DNA of 64,000 nucleotides, filler included, from Basidiobolus ranarum (Eukaryota): NCBI GenBank assembly GCA_040143965.1. It is 15 parts of 15 records of this genome, joined end to end, with 100 filler letters (N's around TTAATTAATTAA, not from the genome) between each part and the next. Parts side by side here need not be neighbours in the genome. Positions count along the whole stretch, not along the records: positions 38,592 to 42,771 come from JASJQH010008959.1; positions 42,872 to 47,050 come from JASJQH010008960.1; positions 47,151 to 51,328 come from JASJQH010008961.1; 12 more parts are not named here. One strand, 5' to 3'. Shown piece by piece: positions 41,501 to 51,428 of this stretch (position 1 is its first letter; each line of letters starts with the position of its first letter). The notes under the pieces were generated by a model. It saw only the letters and a program-made list of their open reading frames with translations, ran no database searches and was not told where the DNA came from. The position numbers and the translations under genes were made by a program.

Positions 41501-42383
41501 CCTGTGGTGAATTGATGCTTTGTGTGAAGTTGTCAGTATTACTGTATGCTAGTCTAATTAACAATATATCAGCAAAACCAGTGATGGATATAATGTAATA
41601 GGTTAAGGAGACTTCAGAGTATTAACCTTCCAACAAGGGGCTCTTTTAAATGGGCTCATGGGTTTTCATATTGTTTGAGCAGATTAACAGCAACATGACC
41701 CAATCTGTTGACTTGGAGTAAGTATCTCTAAAATTTGGACCAATTTATTTGTGGGATAGTCTCATGGTATTTGTAGGAAAGCTGCATGACCAAATTCTTG
41801 ATGAGATAGATCCAGATATATAGTATTATTGTTTAAACTTTTGCGTATTCTATTTAAGCATTGACAGATCTACTTGCAGCCAGACCTTTATTGACTGCAA
41901 GTCAGGAAATTTGGCTGAAGTCTTCACAGAAATTTACCAAAACCCAAGAGCTCATTCTGATTGTGAATGATCACAAGAGTCAACTATTGGCCAAGTGTAA
42001 GTGCTATTCAAAGTTTCAGACATTTAGCCATTTTTCACCATTAGTTTTCTGGTAAAAAAATTGATGTTATTGAGTTCAATCTGATCAGTCAAGTAGCTGT
42101 TTGTATTGAGACTAAACACAACAAAATTCTTTATTATTATTCTGATTATGGCTCAACTTTGAAGCCTAAAATATATAAATAAATACACATGTATTAATTC
42201 AAATTCCTGTAGCAGTAAACCCAGTATTATGACATTCAAATAATAGTTTTTTGCAAACCTTTTTGGCAATTGAATAATACATGCCAAGTTTGAGGAACAA
42301 TATTTTTATGACAGTCCTCTGATGGTTTTGCAATTGAGGATGGTGGATCCTGTCCAGATCGAAACAATTTTATTTTTGTTATG
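38592..42383 (+). mobile_element. Longest CACTA/EnSpm-like copy: opposite-strand accessory ORF remnant, decayed transposase and 3' terminus
   Basis: FKCQEWKYW and GP..*EFPMEHTCG (equivalent to GPxxxWxFPMER) motifs. Terminus GGTGGATCC..TTTTTGTTATG. Confidence 0.65.
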
Positions 42384-42916
42384 CAAACTTAGTTATGTCA
42401 TAGAGGAGCACATAACTAAGCTATCTGAGCATGGCCTTTACCAGTTCTGAAAGAGTTCAATAGGTCCCTGTTGTGATTCTGATCTTGGCATACTGATCTT
42501 CTACAAATAGAACTTCTCTATTATTAGATTATGACATCATATCTGCTGTGCCATCCCTTCTTGGCAATCTGGCGTCAGCTCATCCGGATTACCTTATATG
42601 GAAATAATGTGCTTTGGAACATTCCATGAAACCTAACCAATCATGTCATCCCACACATAATGTATTTCCACCAAGACCTTCCATGGAAGGTCACCTGATC
42701 ATCCTTACATCATCCCTCTTTGTATTGGTCCTTGTAGTCCCCAACACCCCAACTCTCAAACTTGCCACAGTNNNNNNNNNNNNNNNNNNNNNNNNNNNNN
42801 NNNNNNNNNNNNNNNTTAATTAATTAANNNNNNNNNNNNNNNNNNNNNNNNNNNNNNNNNNNNNNNNNNNNTGAGAAGTAGACATTACAGAGAGTGCAAG
42901 CTTGGGGCTCATAACC

Positions 42917-43245
42917 TGTTAAAGTATTTGGGAGCCTGTTGGAAGTGGTTTGGAGAATTAGAGGAATTGGTGGTTTTCACTTATTGATTTATTGAGTAGA
43001 AAGTTGACATTTATAGTTTTGTCAAGATGTAAACAAACTAATGTGTGGAATATGTTAAGGAAGGTCCCAGGAACATGTGTGCAAAGTTTGGGGCTTCTAG
43101 CACAAGTTTGAAAAATCTATATATCTGAGACCTTCTAAGTAAATTCCAATTGAGAATAATTGATAACATCTTAGTGAGTTCTAAGATAACTAATTACTAA
43201 GTTATATATGACTATATAGGTGTTTAGGCAATGCTAATTTCAACA
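42917..43245 (-). repeat. Copia family A 5' LTR (329 bp, TG...CA) with PBS GGTTATGAGCCC at 42905-42916 and gag start
   Basis: Termini TGTTGAAA...TTTAACA on the minus strand, directly followed by the PBS. Similar to 25373 onward, 54952-55271 and 55497 onward. Confidence 0.9.
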
Positions 43246-43271
43246 CTTATGACTATTTAGTTGAGGTAGAT

Positions 43272-43377
43272 TGTTGAAATTAACATAGCGCAAGTTCTCA
43301 AATATATAGATTTTTCAAATCCACAAACTCTTCTTACACTCCACACCACTTCCAATAACTCCTGAAATGCATCAACA
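43272..43377 (+). repeat. Short deleted solo-LTR-like fragment of family A
   Basis: Begins TGTTGAAATTA and ends TCAACA, with internal pieces resembling LTR A. Confidence 0.5.
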
Positions 43378-43585
43378 GTGTCTAGCACTGCATGTGGAAG
43401 AACACGTACAAGCAGAAGTAGAAATAAATAAGTCTGGAAAGGTATTTTGCAAGCTAATGAAGTATAATTCCAATACTGTTAGATTGTCACATATTTGAGT
43501 AAAGGATTTATTCGCATTACATATTAGGAGATGCTTCCTAAACAAACAATAAATAAACCAACCAGTTGTTGATAAATTGTCAGTA

Positions 43586-46500
43586 TCAGTCGACTCTCTC
43601 AGTAAGATGCCTCAGTAGTGACTTGGCGATGGCTAGGGCAACCTCCCACCTAAGTGTACCAGGCTGACCAATATTTCCACCTTGCAGAGCGCATCCAACA
43701 CCACAAACCTCCCAACACTGATACGACGGATCATCCAATATCCTGCATGACGAAAAAGCAATCTTCATCTTTTCTAATGTGTCTTTAAATATCTTATGAC
43801 AAGTCTGAAGATAAATCGGAATCGGCGCACTTGCAGGAATACGATCGCGAATTATGCTACCATTTACTTGAGAAAGTGGTAACGAAGGTTGGCGTAGTTC
43901 AGCTGCATCTAAAATCATCAATCTTTGATATTTCATTAGTCAAGTATTCTCGCCGTACCATCCATATCACACAAACCTGAATTGTTTTGTGTCAGGCTCT
44001 CCCAGATCGATACATTCAGTTTTCAACGACCATTGATCTATAGCAATTCCTTTTCCCTGGAGGGCAATGCGAATATAATACAATAAGGAATGATTTAACA
44101 AGGAAATCACTGTGGCAATCTGATTCCGTACGATGTGGTCTTTAGACAAAGCAGAAGCAGTGGTTATGGCTTGACTGACAAATGATTCTGGAACTATAAA
44201 AACCGTTTAGATGCTTTGATTTGAGAAAACAGTGTATGGAGCTTACTCGTAATCCAGCATCCGTAGGTCTCAAAGCAAACTGGAGGGGGCTTCTCCTGTT
44301 GGGTATATGTATAACTTATGATATTGTCCGGCTTGTTTGGATCCCGTTGACTAAATCCATTTACGCTGAAAGTAACTGATTGCAAAGTCAATATAAATTC
44401 CAATCCTCAATACGATGTGTACAACTATACCTTGCATGTTCCCAAGACATTGCTTCACATCAATTAAGCCTATCAGCGTTTCACTCTCTATTATCTTTCC
44501 TTGCTCAGTGGACCATGCAGTGTGGGGCGAATTGTTAGTTGGTAAGGCACTTCTATTAGGATTCAAGATAGCTTGAGCTATAATATTTCTACTGTCAACA
44601 TTCCACCTCAGGATAATATAAACAATTCCACGTCTGTAGAATAATGCCTTAGGATAGACAGTGAATGCTGCTCGGTAGTGATCCATGTTTTCGAGTAACA
44701 CACCAGCTGTCGTCATTATACTCCACTCGGAGTGACTATCGCCACTGTGAATGCTCGTGCGTAAGGAAAATGTGTTGGCCGGATAAGGTAGATATGAAGA
44801 GCTTGGTCGATAGTATTTGATAACGTTATTCACATCGGTTGCATCTTCGTAAAATGGGAGATGACGGTCTAGAAGTCTCAACAACCAACTATGGTCTAGT
44901 GATACGTGACGACCCCCAAAATAGTTGATGTCTTTTTCGATGATTATTACTTGCTCATGTGCTGCACATTGAAGTTGACGCTCTACTATGCCACGAAACT
45001 TTTCGAGTCGAAAGAAGTTATCAGTATTTTGGGATTCATCAAGACTTGGCTCCATAGTATTACTCAGGTCTTCATTTCGTAATCTCGAAAAAATCTGATC
45101 AATGTTATTAACAAGCCATTCGTCGCGCCCACTACCATCTAGAACTAGGAGAGAGAGAGATTCTTGTTGTCGTCTTCCGGAGCGCCCGGCTTGTTGAAAA
45201 TAAGATGAGAACATGTTGCTCGTAACTTTGCCATCATTGGTGATTGTGCTTTGACGCGAGTCTGGGAATCCATAATGAATCACCACGTCAATTGAGCCAA
45301 TATCAAGACCAAGCTCAAGTGCATTGGTGGTTATAACTCCTGGTCGAACGTTAGACAAGTTTTAACTTGGACTAAAGTAAAATAAACGTTTACCTAGTAA
45401 ATCACCCTGGAAAAGTCTTCTTTCAATTTCTCGACGTTCCTGTTGCAGGTACCCTCCACGGTAGGAGCTTATTTTATCTTTCAAATGTGAATTAGAAGAT
45501 TTTTCCAACCGGGCAACGACGGAATTCATGACTTGTTCACATGTGTTACGCGACTAAGTAAAGTGATTATTAGAACATACCAGCAGTTACTGTGAAAGTA
45601 AATATGAACTAACCTTGCAAAAGAGTATGGTGCGAAAATTGTGATAGATACTAGTTATGAAGAGCAAGGTAACATCGAATAAGGATTTGTTATACTTTTC
45701 GTACTTCTTCAATAGATTTAATCGACGCTTGTCTTCAATTGATTTTATGTTCTTAATATCAGGCTGCCATATTACATAGTGCTTTTGTCCACAAGGAGAA
45801 CCATCTGCACATACAACTGAAAGACCAGTAGGATGATAATCAGTACTGGCAAATAACTCGGGATAATGATCCGTACGAGCAAATTTGTCATCAAATCCAC
45901 AGAGAAATCGCAGCTGTCCAAGAGGATCATCTAGAAGCTATGTCAGTCAAAGAGTAGGTTTAAGTATTGACAGTATTTAGAGAACATACCGATTGTTGCT
46001 GAAGCACAAATAAACTGAACAGAGTTGTTTCCGTAGGCAATATCACATATACGTCGTAGACGCCGAAGAACACAGCTAACGTGAACACCAAAGAAACTTC
46101 GACGCCATGCGGACTCAAGTGGGCTATCATCATTCTCCATATCATCACCCAAAAAGTAAGTATGAATCTCATCAATCACTACAAATCTAAGATTTAAGAG
46201 AAACTGATGCCAATATTGCCGATGGAAAGGTAATATATTAGCGTGCAGCATGTCAGGGTTGGTGAACAGGATTTGACATTCGTCTCGGATTCCTGAACGT
46301 TTTGCTGATTCAGTATCCCCGTCATATGTAGAGGCCTATAGTGGTAATTATTGATTAGATAATGAACGCCTGTATATTCAGCGAATTAGGCAAACCTTGA
46401 TTGACTGGAACTTGTCCGAATAGCTAAGCAGCATATTTAAGTTGCGAATCTGATCCTGCGCGAGTGCTTTGTTTGGAAATATGTATAGTGCTCGTAGCGA

Positions 46501-47050
46501 AGGATTCTCTAATAACGTAGACAGAATCGGTACATTAAATATCAGAGATTTGCCACTGAAACAAAACACACCATTAGCCATGTATTATCATTATCTATTA
46601 AGTGTTAAATTTCTTACCTAGAGGTTGATGTTGACACCGCTATATGTTTCCCTAGAAAGACATTTTTTATAGCTTCTGCTTGGTGAGAATACAGATCGTC
46701 AATCCCCCATATATCTTTTAGTGCTTCAATAACCTCATCGCGTACAGGCAAATCGGATACACTACCTACTCTAACATTAGTATCAGCGGAAGCACATTTG
46801 ATAACTTCATACTCATCTTACCGAATACTGGATCTCTAACTGATACCACCTCCTTGTGTAACACTTGCTCTTTCACAAATTCCGATTTTGAAATGATAGA
46901 CTCTATTAGTCGCTCGATACTAGGAAAAACCACATCTTGTTCTACTACTTCTTCGACAACAGCCTCATCGGGAAGATGAGGTACATATTCTGCAATCAAA
47001 GCTTCTAAAATATCTGTGATAACACCTGGGTCAATCTCCTATCAAAATAT
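43586..47050 (-). CDS. HRQ1: RecQ4-like DEAH-box helicase Hrq1, multi-exon, 5' truncated
   Basis: [60 protein letters not shown] and a C-terminal Cys cluster. Confidence 0.9.
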
Positions 47051-47150
47051 NNNNNNNNNNNNNNNNNNNNNNNNNNNNNNNNNNNNNNNNNNNNTTAATT
47101 AATTAANNNNNNNNNNNNNNNNNNNNNNNNNNNNNNNNNNNNNNNNNNNN

Positions 47151-47492
47151 TTGTATTTTTTGATTCTCATTATGGCTGGAATACAAAGCCTAAAATATCT
47201 AAATAAAGGCATGCATATTAATTCAAATTCCTACAGCAGTAAACCCAGTAATTTGCCATTCGAAAATTATATTTTTGCAAAAATTGCTGGTTATTGAATA
47301 ACGCATGCCAAATTTGAGGATCAATATTTTAACATGTATGAATACCGTTAGGATACCGTCAAGAAACCGCCGTCACACCATTAAAATCCCTGGCAGAATG
47401 CAAGCCGGCAATATTGTGACGGTTCTCTGACGGTTTTGCTATTTCGGAGGGTGGATCCGATCCGGATCAAATCGATTTTATTTTTGTTAGGG
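47151..47492 (+). mobile_element. Young, CpG-retaining 3' end of the CACTA-like family
   Basis: Ends GGATCCGATCCGGATCAAATCGATTTTATTTTTGTTAGGG and keeps CG where the other copies have TG or CA. Confidence 0.75.
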
Positions 47493-47746
47493 ATAAGCTC
47501 AGTAATTTGTCATTTGAAAATTGGTTTTTTCCAAAAATTGTTGGATATTAAGTAACATATGCCAAACATGAGGATCAATATTTCACCATGTATGATTACT
47601 ACCATAATATCATTAGGAAGCCACCATCTCACCATCAAGATATCTGGTAGAGTACAAGTCACCAATATTGTGATAGTCCTCTGATAGTTTTGTGGTTCAG
47701 AAGGGTGGATTTGATCTGGATCAAATATATTTATTTTTTGTTAGGG
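47493..47746 (+). mobile_element. Older 3' end of the same CACTA-like family, apparently the target of the young copy
   Basis: Collinear with ~47240-47492 but CpG-depleted. Ends TTTTGTTAGGG. Confidence 0.7.
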
Positions 47747-48800
47747 AGCACAAGTATATAAGTCCCAGACTTTAAAAGAGGCCCTCATTGATCCCTACAC
47801 AAAAGTTGGAGATCTGAAATGGCTTGTCAGTATCATGCATTGATCAACTTACTGGATGATAGAAAAGAAATTGGCTGCCACTTCTATGGCTTAAAATAGA
47901 CACCAAGTGCTTGGAATAGTAGGATAGATGCTCTTTTGGAAATACTCAGATTACACAGGAGTAATGCTGAGTATAGTATTTACTTCAGGCTAGATTGGGC
48001 AAGCCTAGTTTTATTAGCCATATATGAGAATGCTCTTATTATAGCAGCTAATGACTTGAAGACATAGGAGAAAACTAAATCTAGCCTATCAGCCAATTTC
48101 AAGACCACCAATCTTGGCAAACTGACACACTATCCTGGAATCTAAAGTAAGACAGAGAGAACTATCAAGATAGTAACTTTAAACCAGTCCATGTTTGTCA
48201 TAGATATACTCAAGAAGTTTAAAATGGAAAAGTATAGTCCAATATCTATCCTAATGGAGACAAATCTTAACTTGAAATAAAATGGCTCAAATTGGCTGCT
48301 CTTTGATACAAAGAAAAGTCATAGACTTCCATATCAATTCATGCTTTGTAGTTTGCTTTATATCATGGTTGAACATGACTGGATATTCTGTGAGAGTTGC
48401 ATACAAATATCTTCAAAATTATAAGTTTGATCAAATCCTGGCAGTTATGGAGACTTTCAGATGTTTGAAAGGTACTATGGATCTATGCTGAAGATATTCA
48501 TATTTGGGATCAAACTGTAGTCTGATGGGATATTCAAATGCAAGCTGAGAACAGATAGAGAAGACAGGAGATTTACAACAGAACACTTATTTCTCTGTTG
48601 TAATGGAGCTATTTCTTATAACTTAAAAAACGACCAGCTGAAGCCCTGTCAACAACAGAAGCAGAATACATGGTTGTAAAATAACAAAAGAAGCAATGTG
48701 GTTCAGAAAACTCTTAACATATTTGGGCTGTTCTCAGTATTCACCAACTACAATATTTCAACATGATCAAAGTTATATAAATTTAGCTTGAATGCCATAA
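47747..48800 (+). mobile_element. Ty1/Copia RT-RNaseH remnant
   Basis: QTLKEAL, AWNSRIDA and ALSTTEAEYM motifs. Similar to the reverse complement of 21458-22958. Confidence 0.8.
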
Positions 48801-49175
48801 TTGAATGAGTTCCTGAATAATAATCAAATCAATGATGTTTACAAGATAGGATAGAGAAAGGAATTTATTACCCTAATCACTATTTATGCTTTGTAGTAGT
48901 AGTTCAACCCATTACTACATTAAGTGCCAATTACATGATGTATAGCAATAGTATATTTATTATACTATTCAATTAAACACAAAAAAATGAATTCCAAATT
49001 ACTACAGTTTGGTTAACATTAACACAAGAAACAACTGACTCCAGGTCAGTAAAAAATTGGTAGTACATCGTTAGTGGCGTACAAGTTATGAATAGTGTAA
49101 ATCTTCTGGTCACTAGTGATAAAAGTACTAATTAGAAGTCAAATTAAATGGAACGCTAGCTTTGTTATACTGATT

Positions 49176-49562
49176 TCAACTACTGAAAGAATCTACAACA
49201 TGGACTATTGATGATCGGAGGCAATCACGTGGGGAAATGCTTCGTTTCCTAGTGTGACCAGAGAACCGCCTTCCACATAGGTCATGCAGATCTCGTTTGT
49301 CACTCCTGGTGGATGGTTGTTCATGTACTGTCCGCTCCTTTATTTTTATAGGAGTCGTCGTCTCAAAGCCAGTGTTAGATGTCTCGATTTGAACAACTGC
49401 AGAGATTTCTTCACGTTTAGTATGACCGCAGAACCATCTACCGCACAAGTCATGGAGATCCCTTTTATCTCCTGTCACAGATTGGAGATACTGATTTGTA
49501 GGTAGACTTTGCACTGTCACAGTAAGAACAGTAGATGCTGCAAAGATGTTGATGAATTTCAT
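49176..49562 (-). CDS. Secreted Kex2-type repeat peptide precursor, copy 1 (128 aa): core DLHDLCGRWFCGHT at 49419-49460 and variant DLHDLCGRRFSGHT at 49251-49292
   Basis: Signal peptide ending near VQS-LP, DKR before each core, KR or RKR after. TATAAATA at 49620-49627. Confidence 0.85.
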   Translation of the reverse strand: MKFINIFAASTVLTVTVQSLPTNQYLQSVTGDKRDLHDLCGRWFCGHTKREEISAVVQIETSNTGFETTTPIKIKERTVHEQPSTRSDKRDLHDLCGRRFSGHTRKRSISPRDCLRSSIVHVVDSFSS

Positions 49563-49678
49563 GATTATAAATAAAAAGATACACAGTGCTGATTGAAAAT
49601 TATCGTTCTGGCGCCTAGCTATTTATATGATTTAACGGTCATATTTCAGGTAGAATGCATATCATCGGGTAATTGTGA

Positions 49679-49704
49679 TTCTCAGTCGCTTTATTCTTAG
49701 AATA
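49679..49704. promoter_or_regulatory. 26-bp bipartite element TTCTCA(G/C)T-n5-(G/T)ATTC(C/T)TAGAATA, also at 49911-49936 and 50735-50760
   Basis: Three copies with the same 5-nt spacer length. The proximal copies lie 117 and 107 bp upstream of the two precursor ATGs. Confidence 0.65.
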
Positions 49705-49850
49705 TTAAGCTTTACAGATCAATGTAGATGGCTCCTTGGGTAAATATCTTGATGGTGTCAAGGGATATCTCGGAAAATAAGGCTTTGACAGGCTAGTTGG
49801 CTTATCAAGCATTTCTCAGAACCAATACAGTGAGACAGTGAAATCCTGGA

Positions 49851-49921
49851 TTCTCAGTTGTTGCGTTCTCAGTTGTTGCGTTCTCAGTTGTTGCGTTCTC
49901 AGTTGTTGCGTTCTCAGTTGT
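49851..49921 (+). repeat. Perfect 15-bp tandem repeat TTCTCAGTTGTTGCG, 4.7 copies
   Basis: Units start at 49851, 49866, 49881 and 49896, with a partial unit at 49911. Confidence 0.95.
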
Positions 49922-50256
49922 GGGATTCCTAGAATATCATTTGGTACAAATCGTCCTTTTTAATAGCGCAATTTTAGAATATTGATTCTCGTTCAATATC
50001 ACGATCAATCTATCCAGATATAGATTTGAGTTTAATATGATATTCCCAGCTTAGTAGATACGCCAAATGCCAATCAATTATATTAATACCAGATAGTTTA
50101 TTAACTGTTAGTCGAAAGCTAAGAAAGGGTGGGTATTCAAAATCGTAGATTTATTGACAAAAAGGTAAGAGTAAACTGACTCCTGGACAGTGAAGTAATT
50201 AAATAGTATAAGGAGTTAAACTAGAGCAAAACTCTAGCGGCTTTATGGCATGATGT

Positions 50257-50628
50257 TCAACTGCTAATATTTTGAGCAATTTCCTCCATAAAAATTTTAA
50301 GATAGTTGCGAAGAATGATGCTTCTTTTTCTTGTATGTCCACAAAACCATCTGCCACAAAGGTCATGGAGATCTCGCTTGTTGCTATATGATGATTGTTC
50401 AGGCACTGTTTACTCCTCACCTTTAGTAGAATGCTTGGTGGATGATGATTCACTTGACTCTATTGAAGATTCATTGTCACGTTTGGTGTGACCACAGAAC
50501 CACCTGCCACACAGATCGTGTAGATCTCTTTTGTCTACTGCTAATTCTTCGGTCCCTTGACCCATAGGCAGGCCGTGAGTAGCAAGGGATAGAACAGTGG
50601 AGGCAATGACTAAAGTGGCGAATTTCAT
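50257..50628 (-). CDS. Secreted Kex2-type repeat peptide precursor, copy 2: cores at 50485-50526 and 50332-50373, with an in-frame TAA at 50410-50412 between them
   Basis: ATG 50628 puts the first core at residue 35, exactly as in copy 1. The frame continues past TAA as TVPEQSSYSNKR-DLHDLCGRWFCGHT-RKR plus 21 aa to TGA 50257, the same tail length as copy 1. Confidence 0.8.
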
Positions 50629-51428
50629 GGTTCTTGTTGAAAAAACTGTGAAGTATACCATCGCGATATCTAATCTCCTTTATAGTATAGCTATCATTCC
50701 GTGAAGGTGATGAAAGCAACTAGATCATTCGTGTTTCTCACTCGGTTGATTCCTAGAATACAAATCTGGTGGCACCACAGAACAGGTAACTCTACAAAAT
50801 CAAATGTATTCTGCTAATCCAAGTTATTGACCACACACCTATTTTCGCTATTTGACATGTTCTAATCAACACGCACTTAGGATCGAAATGGTATGGTAAA
50901 TATAAGCATGAGAGACGACAGTTCAAGTCAAATTGCCAAATACTAAGGTATTACACTTCGCATACTTTGCTCAAGGTTGAACATGATCTTTGTTGAGGAA
51001 TGATATAAGATCATAGAAGAGTCAGAGTATAGTAGTATTTGCTATAGTTTTAGCAGATATAGCCTTAAGGTTTACTTACAATATATCGTTAAATCAATTA
51101 GTTAATAACAAAATACATCTATATGAAGCAAGTACCAAATGATCTCTTGATGTATAACATACTGGTATTTATTATATTAATAAACTGAATATGAAAGGAA
51201 AAAGTTCAAAATTATGTCAGTTTGGTTAGTGAAAAAGTATCAAAAAACTAATTCCGGCTCATGGAAGATTACAAGTGCATTAATGGTGATGATGAGACGT
51301 TTGGGTATTACTTTAGAGAACTGAAATCNNNNNNNNNNNNNNNNNNNNNNNNNNNNNNNNNNNNNNNNNNNNTTAATTAATTAANNNNNNNNNNNNNNNN
51401 NNNNNNNNNNNNNNNNNNNNNNNNNNNN

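Noticed and set aside
44194-44403. Apparent frameshifts in HRQ1
   Set aside because: Resolved by ordinary GT-AG introns that restore the frame (e.g. GCWIT-IPE).
49419-49460. Homology of CGRWFC to urotensin II (CFWKYC) or the melanocortin HFRW motif
   Set aside because: The resemblance is only in ring size and composition, and is best in reverse order. It is not evidence of homology.
49851-49921. Possible CRISPR array
   Set aside because: Contiguous 15-bp units with no spacers, in a eukaryotic context with no cas genes.
50406-50420. 15-nt GTGAGG...CAG micro-intron that would remove the TAA in frame
   Set aside because: Far shorter than the other introns seen here (roughly 50 nt or more), and the region aligns codon by codon with the paralog.
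50629-50661. Upstream ATG (MVYFTVFSTRT) as start of precursor 2
   Set aside because: It is too close to the TATA-like box at 50678-50684, and the second ATG aligns exactly with the paralog start.
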